DNA from: Octopus sinensis
Taxonomy: Eukaryota
DNA: 64,000 nucleotides
Direction of reading: 5' to 3'
Assembly (NCBI RefSeq): GCF_006345805.1
Contig: NC_042999.1
Coordinates: 149,482,001 to 149,546,000 of the forward strand
Shown here in pieces: positions 26,556 to 38,271 of this stretch. The notes under the pieces were generated by a model, which worked only from the letters and a program-made list of their open reading frames with translations, searched no databases and was not told the origin of the DNA. Within the stretch, counting starts at the first letter, position 1. Each line of letters opens with the position of its first letter. Made by a program: the position numbers and the translations under genes.

Positions 26556-26763
26556 ACCACATTTTAGAGCACTTTTCGAAGGGAATGAAAAATAAAAACT
26601 TTTACCTTGTTATTTTTTGCGGTTATACCTAGGTTTCAAATTTCTTTAGCAAATTATTTTATTTGCTAAAGAAATTTGAAACCTAGGTATGTTAACCATA
26701 AAAAAATAACAAGGTAAAAGTTTTTACTTTTCATTCCCTTCGAAAAATGCTCTAAAATGTGGT
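26556..26763. repeat. Palindrome, arms about 100 bp
   Basis: ACCACATTTTAGAGCA..TACCTAGGTTTCAAATTTCTTTAGCAAAT / ATTTGCTAAAGAAATTTGAAACCTAGGTA..TGCTCTAAAATGTGGT. Confidence 0.92.
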
Positions 26764-28915
26764 ACTTTGCGAACGAATGATCTTGCAACATTTAGAAAGT
26801 TGCTAATTTCTAAATCACTGTGCTTTGCATGTATAGCAAGTAGAAATTTATAGAAAAACAAAAGACAAAGACAGGTGTATGAACAACAAACAGGTGTATT
26901 AGTTTGACACTCATGTTTGTGTGTGTGTGGTGGGCTTCTTGGATAGTCCAGGGTTATAGCAGAAGACACTTGTCAAAGATGCCATGCAGTGGCACAGAAT
27001 CCAAGACCACATGGTAGGGAAGCAAGTTTCTACACCACATAGCCATACCTGTGCTTATCGATGTGAAAGTGAAAATAACTCAAGCTCAACTACCAGACTT
27101 ATAAAAAAAATTTTTTTAAGTACTGGTGGTTGGTTTGTTTGACTAAATTTTTCAAGGCGATACTCCAGTGTGGCCGCAATTCAATGCCTGAAAGAAGTTT
27201 AAAATTATCGGACTTTTTCATCCTAAATACTTTTCTATCGGCTTTTTACCACAAATTCTGATAAGGATAAATAAATTATATACTGTTGTTACTAAGAAAG
27301 ATGCCCCGAATTTTAAATTAACACACTGTGATTTGAGAAGAACCAGTACTGGCCCTTTTATTCTGAAAGACCGTTAACCCTTCTTTTTATGTAACGATAC
27401 AAACAAGTTTATCTACATCAAGGATATTAACTACAAAGCTCTCATAGCCCCTCTCTCTCTTCCTCTTCTTTACATCAACTGGGTCGAATTCTTTTGGTCT
27501 TTAGTTCGCTTGTAAACTGTTTGACTCCTTTATCAGATTTTAACAAGATTTGTCAGGGGTGTTTTATAAATAAACATTACTGCCTTTTCATTTTAACTCA
27601 TAAGATATATTTGCATGTTCATAATAATAAAACAAACAACACAAATCTGTCTGTTTAGACACTTTTATCTGTGTGATTTCAATAAGAGAAATCACTCAGA
27701 AATGATTTCCAAATTTCAGTATTTGTTTACTTTTAATCCTGAAATAAAAAACAGCAATGTGATAAATATTTATTTCGTGATTCTTTACGTAACTAATATT
27801 ACATAAATCATTAAATACGATGTAATTCCCAAATACACAAGTAATCACTATTTGATGAGCCAATCGCAATAAAATAGCCAGAGTAATGCCGGCAGATTCT
27901 GGCTAGTTTGTAATTTCAAATTGCTTTAGCTTTTCTATTTAATGAGATCATCTATCAATTTTCAATGTGCATTTGGATAAATCCAATACGATTACATTGC
28001 CTAATGATCCATTAACCCTAATTTTTTTTTACACATTGCGACAAATCCACATAATTTAGTAGTGCAGGGTTTTACATGCGATTGAATTTTAGGACGTATC
28101 GGATCGATATTTTATTAACCCCCTGGGGATGAAATATAAAGGGACTAGACGAGACTTTAGATTTTGGTCAAAGAGGTGACGATCCTAAAGCGTTGCCTGG
28201 CATCTAAGCAAATGATGACAATGTTAGGAATGGTTTAAAATTATTAGAACGAGCCGAAGATTGAGCTTCAACGTGACCACTCGAATAGTAACCAAATCTC
28301 CATATTAATGTCTTGAATAGTGTCTAACAAAAATTTTTTTTTTTAAAAAAAGGGAAAAAAGAAAGAAAAAATGGAAATGCTTGTAATCGCGAATCCTTTG
28401 ATGTTGGATCAGGGCAGATCAAAGACTGAAAGAAATTACATTTTTACGGTTTTATTTTGCAATGAACTGGATATATTGTATGGCGCGCGTGTATACATAA
28501 CGTTATTAGGTAACTTCAATCACTTCATATTAATTTCCAACCCAAGGCATGAGGCAGAGACAGTCAATCAAACAAAACAGTATACTACTGGTATTATTAT
28601 GTTGAGCAAATCGCAGGATGATGAAAAGCAAAGTGATCTTCAGCATGACTTGAACTCAGCGGAATGAAACTAAATACCATAATGCAATTTTGTGTGTGAT
28701 GTTTTGCTAATGCAACCTTTCCATCTATTATATATACAGTTATATATATATCATACGACTATTAGAGGCCAACCCCACAAATTATTGAAAGTCAAGAGAC
28801 AAACGTAAACCTCGCCAAGGTGTGTTCTTTATATATATTAACATTAATTCAAGATAAAGAGCAGTGGGATTGGTTGGGTTGTCTTAAGATTGCAATAGAC
28901 AGAAATATATATATA

Positions 28916-29069
28916 CTTTATTTAAAGCAGCAGAAAATTCAGCAAAATCTGTTACTCTGAGTTTCTCGTTGCCGTTCATCAGACAGTTTTTGTAAAAACT
29001 GTCTGATGAACGGCAACGAGAAACTCAGAGTAACAGATTTTGTTGAATTTTCTGCTGCTTTAAATAAAG
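28916..29069. repeat. Palindrome with 76-bp arms and 2-nt loop, HHR on each strand
   Basis: One mismatch seen between arms; centre GTTTTT-GT-AAAAAC at 28986-28999; right arm extends about 70 nt further to a (TA)n tract. Confidence 0.95.
28999..29036 (+). ncRNA. Minimal type I hammerhead motif
   Basis: CTGT CTGATGA A-CG-GCAA-CG-A GAAA CT-CAG-AG TA ACAG; GUA cleavage triplet; the stem II closing pair is A.A. Mirror copy at about 28949-28986 on the minus strand. Confidence 0.7.
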
Positions 29070-29138
29070 CATATTACTATACCACTGGTATTTGAATACT
29101 CTTTTTTCCCACCTTGTTTCACATTTATGTGTTTACTC

Positions 29139-29209
<71 letters not shown>

Positions 29210-29272
29210 TAAAAAGCGGTAAGATAACAAAAGAAAGAAAAAAACCTCAATATTATGTAAATAGAGGAAATT

Positions 29273-29610
29273 TATCTGTAAAATAATATGCTACAATTAC
29301 TCAATAGTCAAGATAAAACTCTGAGTTTCAGATGCCGAAGTGGAAATCCACAACACCATCTCTTCATATGCTTATTTCTCGTGTGTTTACGTCCCTGTAA
29401 CTTAGCGGTTCGGTAAAACAAACCGATAGAATAAGTACTAGGCTTACAAAGAATAAGTCCTCGGGTCGATTTGCTCGACTAAAGGCGGTGCTCCATCTCT
29501 TCAGTTATCTGGCCAGATAACCGAAGAGATGGTGTTGTGGATTTCCACTTCGGCATCTGAAACTCAGAGTTTTATCTTGACTATTGAGTAATTGTAACAT
29601 ATTATTTTAC

Positions 29611-29615
<5 letters not shown>
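29273..29615. repeat. Palindrome with HHR-like motif on each strand, left arm interrupted by a SINE-B fragment
   Basis: Centre TTATCTGG|CCAGATAA at 29512/29513; insert 29367-29492 flanked by duplicated CCATCTCTTCA (29356-66, 29493-503). Confidence 0.9.
29515..29577 (+). ncRNA. Hammerhead-like motif with core mutation
   Basis: AGATAA CCGAAGA GATG..GTGG-ATTT-CCAC..CATC T GAAA CT-CAG-AG TT TTATCT. The mirror arm keeps CTGAAGA. Confidence 0.65.
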
Positions 29616-29654
<39 letters not shown>

Positions 29655-29805
29655 TGTTTCAGTCATTTGACTGCGCCATGCTGGAGCACCGCCTTTAGTC
29701 GAGCAAATCGACCCGAGGACTTATTCTTTGTAAGCCTAGTACTTATTCTATCGGTTTCTTTTACTGAACCGCTAAGTTACGGGGACGTAAACACACCAGA
29801 AATAA

Positions 29806-29848
<43 letters not shown>

Positions 29849-29889
29849 TATATGTGTGTGTATGTATATGTATATATATATATATAATC

Positions 29890-30340
29890 AAGGCAAAACT
29901 TTTGTTTCCTCCCCGCAAACACCCCTTTTTTATTTTTTATTTTTCTTTCTACACAAACCCTCGTTTTCGGCTACTACAGAGAAAACGAACCTGCAAAAAA
30001 TTGGCAAAAATCGGCATTTTGAAATTACCCCCCCACCCCCACCCCTAATTTCTTCATTTTAAAACTTTTTTTTTTCAAAATATGCAGGAAAATACGGAGA
30101 TTATGATTCTGAAAAATATTTCCTGAAATTCTTTTACATACGGTTACAGTTAGGGTTACGGAAAAAAGTGAAAGATGAATAAATTGGAGGGAGGGAGGGA
30201 GGGAGGGGGGAAGGGGGGGGGGCGAAATTTGAAAATGCCGATTTTGGCAATTTTCCGGAATCTCCATATCCGAAAACGGGGGATTTTGGAAAAAAAAAAG
30301 GGAGAAAATGAGGTGGGAGGGTGGCTGGAGGAAGGCTTGA
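29890..30340. mobile_element. Non-autonomous element with internal inverted arms and a TTAGGG-like core
   Basis: About 29956-30035 (..AAAATCGGCATTTTGAAATT) is the imperfect inverse of about 30212-30288 (AATTTGAAAATGCCGATTTT..); a related half-copy is at 45290-45500. Confidence 0.6.
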
Positions 30341-30419
30341 ATATACACATGAATGAATTAAGTGTGCTAAAACTGTTACGTATGCACACAAATATACATA
30401 GCTATTACATAAAATTGTG

Positions 30420-30977
30420 GGTAATTGTTCAGTTTAATTATATAAAAAAAATGTAAATAAAATTGAGAGATAAGTTGTAAAAGAAGCAGTTTACTTTTTT
30501 ATACAGCATAAAGACTGCCGATCGTCGCCAGAATGTCTTCTTTTTCTCAGTGGAATTACGCCAGAGAAACTCATGCAGATATGAAACAAACAGTTCGTCC
30601 GATTTCCCAAACTGTCGTCTCAACTTCCCTTTCACCCGCATCCACATATTTTCCACATTGTGTGTGTGTGGACGCCTTGATCATGAGTATCGACAAAATG
30701 TTGGTGTATAATTACCTCATGCGTATAGGCATTACCATTGAGGATAGTGATGTTACTATATGCTCACCATCCATCGCTGATTATGTGAGACCCAGGTAAA
30801 ATCCACCTTTGTATCATCAGCTCAGTTAAAGTGCCTTCTGTGCGGTCAGGTACTTCTACCAAAAACTACGTTCTTGAGAGACTATGCCACCAAACACCCA
30901 ACGTCCCTTTGCTTCTTTTACTACTAACCTCCCTCTTAATTTTTCTTTACTTTTTTTTATATAACTGAACAATTACC
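30420..30977 (-). mobile_element. Merlin (IS1595/ISXO2-like) DNA transposon, internally deleted
   Basis: TIRs GGTAATTGTTCAGTT / AACTGAACAATTACC; imperfect 8-bp TSD AAATTGTG/TAATTGGG. Minus translation SHIISDGW*AY..HEV..HFVD..GVHTHNVENMWMRVK..SYLHEFLWR. Confidence 0.88.
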
Positions 30978-32329
30978 TAATTGGGTATATTAATATTGAA
31001 AGGGACAAAAAAGCATACTAACAGCTGTCAAAAGTGTGGTTACATGCCATCTCTCTCTCTCTCTCTCTCTCTGGGGCAAAGAATTCAGATCGATCTGATG
31101 AGTTTCTAAGCTTCCTTAAACTTACATCTTATAACTATGTGTAGTGTATATATTCTTGGACCCAGCTAAACTAGTCGGTCTAATTTGCATAAGAGTGCAA
31201 TGTATGAGAGATGGGACTTGTAACTAATTATAACCACTTTGTTTAACAGCAACACTAAAATTCAGTAAGGTTACCTTAAATTTCAAATGATGGAGAAACG
31301 ATGTGAGTGACCTTTCGTTTTAAGTATCCAGAGAGAACGAACGAACTCGGCCAAATATGGGCATTAACCGGAAAATCAGCAATGATATAAAACTAAACAT
31401 TGAAATAGTTATACAAGGTAAAGATTGCTTCTGACACCGACTTACCAGAGGTGATTGATGGTGGTGAAGTCACAGAAAAAAGTCTGCAGGGAGAAAAAAT
31501 TATATTGAATGGTTCCAGTGTGAAGAAGCGACAGTAAGCACAATTATCCAGCAGGACATTGTTGGTAATACATCTTAAAGAAGAGTTCGTCGAAGCTATA
31601 AGAACTCCATAACTTACGGGAGAACCACAAAACTATGGAAGAGTTTCTTCGTAGAGTCGGCTGGAATATTCGACTTAGTCATCAACATTAAAAATATTGA
31701 ATATACATGTAATGCCATGATAAAATATAAGGCGTTTTGAAATTCTACATATTATATATCGTCAATAAATGACAGGCTTAAATTTTAAATAAAAGAGTTT
31801 GTTTGTTTTTTTCAACAAATATAGTGTACAAGTCAAGCGCTGTCAGTTAACTGATTTAAAATATTTTTTGTTTCATTACTTTAATTGTTTATAGTATTTA
31901 AATAAAATATAACAAGCAAAAATTGTGACATTTTTCAGTAACTTTTTCTCCAGTCACTTGCATAACAATACATTGTCTGTAACCAATTCCCAACCACAAA
32001 TAGATTAAGATTTACAAGGTGAAACAGTGATATATAAGATCCAGAGAAGAAAAAAATCGTCTGATGCTTCGATAATGTTTACGTATACATTTCCAAGCTT
32101 TCCCATGTAAACATGTCTAACGACTCGCCTTACGCACTGGCCCGTTACAGCATACCACCGAATTATTTATTAATCACAACCATGCAAGACATTAAATGGT
32201 ACTTTCCATATGAATCACATCCCACAGGAAGTAATTCCTTTCAGTCAGATAGGTCAACAGAGTTGATTGTGTCGTCTTTGATTCTCACATGCTTTTACCG
32301 TCTAAAACGTTTAGAAATTTCTTCAATAT

Positions 32330-32726
32330 CTTTTGTTTCAGTCATTGGACAGCAGCCCTGATGGGGCACTAACTCAAAAGGTTTAGTCGAGCAAATCGAC
32401 CCTAGAACATTTTCTTTAAAGTTTATTAAATCTATTGGTCTCATTAGCCGAACCACTACGTTACAGGGGCACAAACACCAACATTGCTTATCAAGCGGTG
32501 GGGAGAGGGGTACAAACAACACAATCACACGTAGACATGGGCACGCACGGACATTAAATATACGACGGGCTTCTTTCACTTTCCGCCTACCAAATCCACT
32601 CACAAGGCTTTGGTGAACTCAGGACTATAGTAGAAGACACTTGCCCAAGGTGTCACATGGCGAGACTGAACCTAAGACCGCATGATTGTGAAGCAAGCTT
32701 CTTACCCACACAGCCACGCCTGCGCC
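32330..32726 (-). mobile_element. SINE family B, diverged
   Basis: Matches the family B head and tail. Confidence 0.8.
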
Positions 32727-33033
32727 TTACCTATTATCTTTTGCTGAACCACAAAGTTACGGGAACGTAAACACCCCAACACTGGTTGCCAAACAGACAT
32801 AAACACACACACACAAGCTAATGTTGAACAGGGACAATGAATGCTTGACACTGCATTGGTAGCATTAGCGTAGCTGGAGGGATGCTACCCCGGGCATCCC
32901 TCCAGCCACCCCGGGCGGCACTTTTCATCCTGTTGTAGGCTATTGCTGTAGGGGTCTGGGACCGGCAAACTGAAGAGCTGCCCCGGGCAGTACACATATT
33001 TGCTACGCTAGGGAATGGTAGATATAAATATTA

Positions 33034-33175
33034 ATTTGTGAACTAACAAGGCTACCAATAGTTTCATGAGAGGAAGTTCAACATGGAGACGAGTACCGAT
33101 ACTTTCATGTGGCACGCTTGGACAATTGTGAAGATCTTCACATGAAACTATTGGTAGCTTTGTTAACTCACAAAT
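33034..33175. repeat. Short inverted repeat (35-bp arms) containing an HHR-like 3' half
   Basis: ATTTGTGAACTAACAAGGCTACCAATAGTTTCATG / CATGAAACTATTGGTAGCTTTGTTAACTCACAAAT; hairpin TGTGAAGATCTTCACA then GAAA-CTATTGG-TA; no CUGANGA found. Confidence 0.7.
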
Positions 33176-33384
33176 AGTGTGAACATTATATACATATATC
33201 TATATCTATATATATATATATATATACACACATCTACACACACACACACACATATATATATATACACACACACACATCTACATACATACACACACACACA
33301 ACATACATACACACACACATACATACATACACACACACACACAACATACATACACACACACATACATATATATATTATATATAT

Positions 33385-33411
<27 letters not shown>

Positions 33412-33416
<5 letters not shown>

Positions 33417-33870
33417 AATAACACAGGATGTGTGTCTGCCTGTGTGTTTGTCATGTCGTTAAAACTAGAGATCCACCCAACCGATTTTAATGAAATTTTA
33501 CACATGCATTACATAGGGTTCATGGAATGTCATGGGCCAAAAATTTTCAACTTCTTGCCTAATGCGGGCCCAGGAGAAGATAAACCACATTTTTAAAGCA
33601 TTTTCGCAGCGTTAAGGCCCGTGACTTGATGAGTATCCAGTTGCTTTCCTCCAAATTTGCAACAAACACTAAATCAGGCTCCTCGAATTGCTGTTGACTA
33701 AAAAAAAAATTTCCGACGCCAACTATGGGCCCCACAAAAAATGCAGATTAATCAGATTTGAGTATACTGCACTGGGTTTTATCTTTGTTTTAGGCCATTT
33801 TCCGACGATAAAACATTGGCACTACTTATGCATTAAAAGTAGTGTCTAATATTTCATGAAAACCTTTTTG
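33412..33870 (+). mobile_element. Probable non-autonomous Helitron-type 5' region
   Basis: ATATAAATAACACAGGATGTGTGTCTGCCTGTGTGTTTGTC..AACCGATTTTAATGAAATTTTACAC resembles 5' ends of invertebrate non-autonomous rolling-circle elements. Confidence 0.45.
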
Positions 33871-33872
33871 TC

Positions 33873-33925
<53 letters not shown>

Positions 33926-34818
33926 AGTTTCTTTCATCTTCCTTGTACTAAAGCCACTCACAAGGCTTTGGTCTGCCTGATGCTATAGTAGACACTGGGC
34001 AAACGTGCTACGCAGTGAAACTGAACTTGAAACCGTGTGGTTGGGAAGCAAATTTCTTACCACACAGTTACAAACAATTTCAAAATTATTTTTAGTTTGA
34101 AAGAAAAAAAAATCCTTCCATGTCTAGTTAATTGCCGAGTTTTAAGTCACCATTGGCTAATGCGGAACTTTGTCGAGTTCGTTGTTTTACTGTCTGAAAA
34201 CTTAAAACGACAGATTACCGCATTGTGTCGTTATGCAGCGTTTATTAATCCCTGTTGTCAGCGCATGCATTATTATTAAAATTTAAACCGACTAGTTTAG
34301 TTGGCTCCTAGTTTGTATGCACTATGAATCACAGTAGCTACCAAGCTCTTTAACGGTGAAATGAAGTTTCATGCTTACTCCAGTAATGATGATAAATATC
34401 TACCAAAAAATAGAATTGTTATTTTCTTTAAGTCATGTTGCCTCACTAAACTTGACATATCTCAACAGAAATTATTTTCAAACATGATATTTCTCAACAA
34501 AAGCTAGATCGCTATATAAAACAGCTTTCGTAGTAAAGAGTAATGAAATTTTGAGTAGATATATCTGCTTTTTGCAGTAGAAGAGTTGAGGAGCTAGGCA
34601 ATGGTTACTTTTGTCCAACTAAGGCGTCGGAAGACTTGAATCTAGTGGATTTTTTCCCACGTTTTCTACTCATTGTGAAATAAAACTTGTAATCCTTATA
34701 TTTTTCGCAGCGAGGCTAAAATTCTGTTTATCAAAAGAAGCAGCATACTTTACACACACTATAAATTTTCGTCCCTTTTCTATGTTAGTATGGATTAGAT
34801 GAATATATCATTGAGGTT

Positions 34819-35030
34819 TGTTGCTAATACTTCAGTTTTACAAGATGCCTTCACTGTTGCTAATACTTCACTATTTTTACAAGATGCCATCGCTGTTGCT
34901 AATACTTCACTGCTTTTAGAGGATGACATCGCTGTTGCAAATACTTCACTGTTTTTACAAGATGCCCTCGCCGTTGATAATACTTCACTATTTTTACAAG
35001 AAGCCCTCGCTGTTGCTAATACTTCACTGT
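34819..35030. repeat. 39-bp minisatellite, about 5.5 units
   Basis: Unit TGTTGCTAATACTTCACTATTTTTACAAGATGCCATCGC. Confidence 0.93.
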
Positions 35031-36729
35031 ATTAGTACACTGCTTACAGATGCTTACATTTTTTATGTTTTCCGGGGTCGATTAATTAAGTACCACTTAC
35101 GCACTGGGGTCGATGTAATCGACTTAATACCTATGTCTGTCCTTGTTTGTCCCTTCTATGTTTAGCCCCTTGTGGGTAATAAAGAAATAGGTATTTCGTT
35201 GTTGAGTTCAAATTCCACCGAGGTCGACTTTGCTTTTCATCCTTTCGGGGTCGATAAATTAAATGGGATAAAATATACGAAACCCAATATACCCATCATG
35301 ACTACCCGTCTGATAAGGGTACACCAGGTACATGCATCACAACCATATGTGTGCGACATGGTGATCTCGTATCAAGGTAAACAGCGCATGACCTTGCAGG
35401 TGGGGCCCAGTTAGAATTTTCTTCAGATCGAGTAGCTCATCCCGCTCAAAAGGTCCCTCAATAACTGTTATTTAAGAATATTGAACGAAACATTCATGCT
35501 TCCAAGGGTGAATTATTCAAATCCCAAAGAACTCCTCTCGACATAGCCATGATGCTCCCCCACTACTTCTGCTCGTGATCAGAGATGCACAAATCGTCAG
35601 CCACCAAAGGACATGCTCAACTTGTTAAGGTCAAGCAACTAACAAACAAATCTGTGGTATTGAGCAGAATATTTACTGTAATTATTATTATTATAGAAAG
35701 CGGCGAGCTGGCAGAGTCGTTATTACGCTTAGTGGCATTTCGTCAGTCTTTATGCTCTGAGTTCAAATTCGCCTCCCACCCCCGTTTTGGGGGGTCGATA
35801 AAATAAGTACCAGTTGAATACTGAGGTCGATGTAATCGATTATCCCCCTGTCCCACAAAAGTTCAAACCTAGTGCCTATAGCAGAAAAGATTATTATTTA
35901 TTAATATTATTAGTGGAAATTAATCGCTTTCAACAATAATTCTTTCTACTAAAAGCACAAGGCCAGAAATTGGGGGGGGGGGGGCTAGTCGATTACATCA
36001 ACCCCAGTATTTCACTGGTATTTAATTTATCGACCTCGAAAGGCTGAAACGCAAAGTCGAATTCCACCGATGTCGACTTTGCCTTTCATCCATTCGGGTT
36101 CGGTAAAGAACAAGTACTGGAATCCATGTAACCGATATGACCACTCCCTCTCAAAATTACTGACCCTCAACCCTGCAACGGACCGGCGTCCCGTTCAGGA
36201 GAATCGCTATGATTTCGGTTGTATGTATACCTTAACCAGCCTTATGAGTTCTATGGTTCGAGAAAAGTTTGTCTGCCCTTTTTACAATCCTCTCAGCCCC
36301 CCCCCCCACAGAGTCTCCTTTCCCACGATCTCCTAAGAAAAACACTGACTTAGGGTCAATCAGGACGGTACACAGATTTAGGATTTCAATAACCGCCAAG
36401 GAAAATGCCCCATCTCCTAGCTGACATTTCCGCGCTGTATCCCACATAACTATGTACCAGGAAACCCAATCCTTTTAGTGGTGTCCCACAGACCAATGAC
36501 TCGTAGCGGGAATGGATTAGGTCAGCCTCTGCTCTGATTTGTTTTTGTTAAACACTTAAGCTTAATATTTGACCTGATGTTAACCTACGTAACTAAAATA
36601 TTCCTCAACAAGAAATATAAACATACATTAAACTCTTTTGTTATTTCGCTTTTATGTTGGCTTTTGACCTTTCTCGATATGGCGTCATTTCGTCGATGGA
36701 ATCCAGCACTAGCAAACTATTGTTATTTA

Positions 36730-37123
36730 GGCGCAGGAGTGGCTGTGTGGTAAAGAGCTTGCTTACCAACCACATGGTTCCAGGTTCAGTCCCACTGCAT
36801 GGCACCTTGAGCAAGTATCATCTACTATAGCCTCGGGCAAACCAAAGCCTTGTGAGTGGATTTGGTAGACGGAAATTGAAAGAAGCCCATTGTATATATA
36901 TATATATGTGTGTGTGTGTGTTTTTTGTCTGTGTCTGTCTCCCCACCGTCACATGATAACCAATGCTGGTGTGTTTATGTGCCCGTAACTTAGCGGTTCG
37001 GCAAGAGAGACCGATATAATAAGTACTAGGCTTACAAAGAATAAGTCCTAGGGTCGATTTGTTCGACTAAAGACGATGCTCCAGCATGGCCGCAGTCAAA
37101 TGACTGAAACAAATAAAAGAATA
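36730..37123 (+). mobile_element. SINE family B, full length
   Basis: GGCGCAGGAGTGGCTGTGTGG..CACCTTGAGCAAG..microsatellite..CAGTCAAATGACTGAAAC. Confidence 0.88.
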
Positions 37124-37461
37124 CAGTCATAAAAATTAGTTGAACGAATAAAATAACAAATTTGAGGCTTCAGAGGTTTCAAGTTCGTATCAAGAGTAGT
37201 TATTTACTAGCAGAATCGTCGTTATAAGCGTTGTTATTGTTAAGCCCTTGACAGTCTACATGTGTAGCAAGATTCGTAGAAGATTCGGGGCCCTCTTAGC
37301 AGTATTAAAGACCCTCGGAAAAATGAATGCATTGGGCCCAATAGTATTTGACAAGCTACAGCATAGATCAGAATTTAGCCCCAAGACCCGTGTTAAAGAC
37401 ATGCTAAAGATGAGACTAAGAAGATTAAAATAAAATCAATTGCTATGTGGACAGTGAGGAA

Positions 37462-37495
37462 TTTGATGTTTCGGACTCTTGCCTTTCATCAGAAA
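37462..37495 (-). ncRNA. Decayed minimal hammerhead-like motif
   Basis: Minus strand: TTT CTGATGA A AGGC-AAGA-GTCC GAAA CA TC AAA; same layout as 6324-6361 but with weak stems. Confidence 0.4.
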
Positions 37496-37682
37496 GTGAG
37501 AAAGAAGGTAGAGGGAGTGAATTCTCAGACAGACGCACAGCAGACCTTGGAGCGAGCGGTAGGGAAGTCACCGAAAAGATTGCGAACAGCAACGAAAGAA
37601 CTTTGACTAATAAACAAACCAATGGAATATTTAACCAACATAATAAACAAACGATTGATTATTAGTTCTCTTTTTTTTTTTT

Positions 37683-38051
37683 TTTACTTGTTTCAGTCTT
37701 TTGACTGCGGCCATGCTGGAGCACCGCATTTAGTCGAGCAAATCGACCCCAGTACTTATTTTATCGGTCTCTTTTGCCGAACCGCTAAGTTACGGCGACG
37801 TAAACACACCAGCATCGGTTGTCAAGAAATGCTAGGGGGACAAACACAGACACACAAACATACACACACACATATATATATACATATATACGACGGGCTT
37901 CTTTCAGTTTCCGTCTACCAAATCCACTCACAAGGCTTTGGTCGGCCCGAGGCTATAGTAGAAGACACTTGCCCAACATGCCACGCAGTGGGACTGAACC
38001 CGGAACCATGTGGTTGGTTAGCAAGCTACTTACCACACAGCCACTCCTGCG
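37683..38051 (-). mobile_element. SINE family B
   Basis: Reverse complement of the family B sequence. Confidence 0.88.
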
Positions 38052-38240
38052 GTTAGATATTTAAGCAAATGACTAATAATAATAATCTTTACTACTCTAG
38101 GCACAAGGTCCGAAACTTTTGAGGAGGCGGTCAGTCGATTAGATCGACCCCAGAACGCAACTGACACTTAATTCATCGATCCCGAAAGGATGAAAGGCAA
38201 AGTCGACCTCGACGAAATTTGAACTCAGAACGTAAAACCG

Positions 38241-38271
<31 letters not shown>

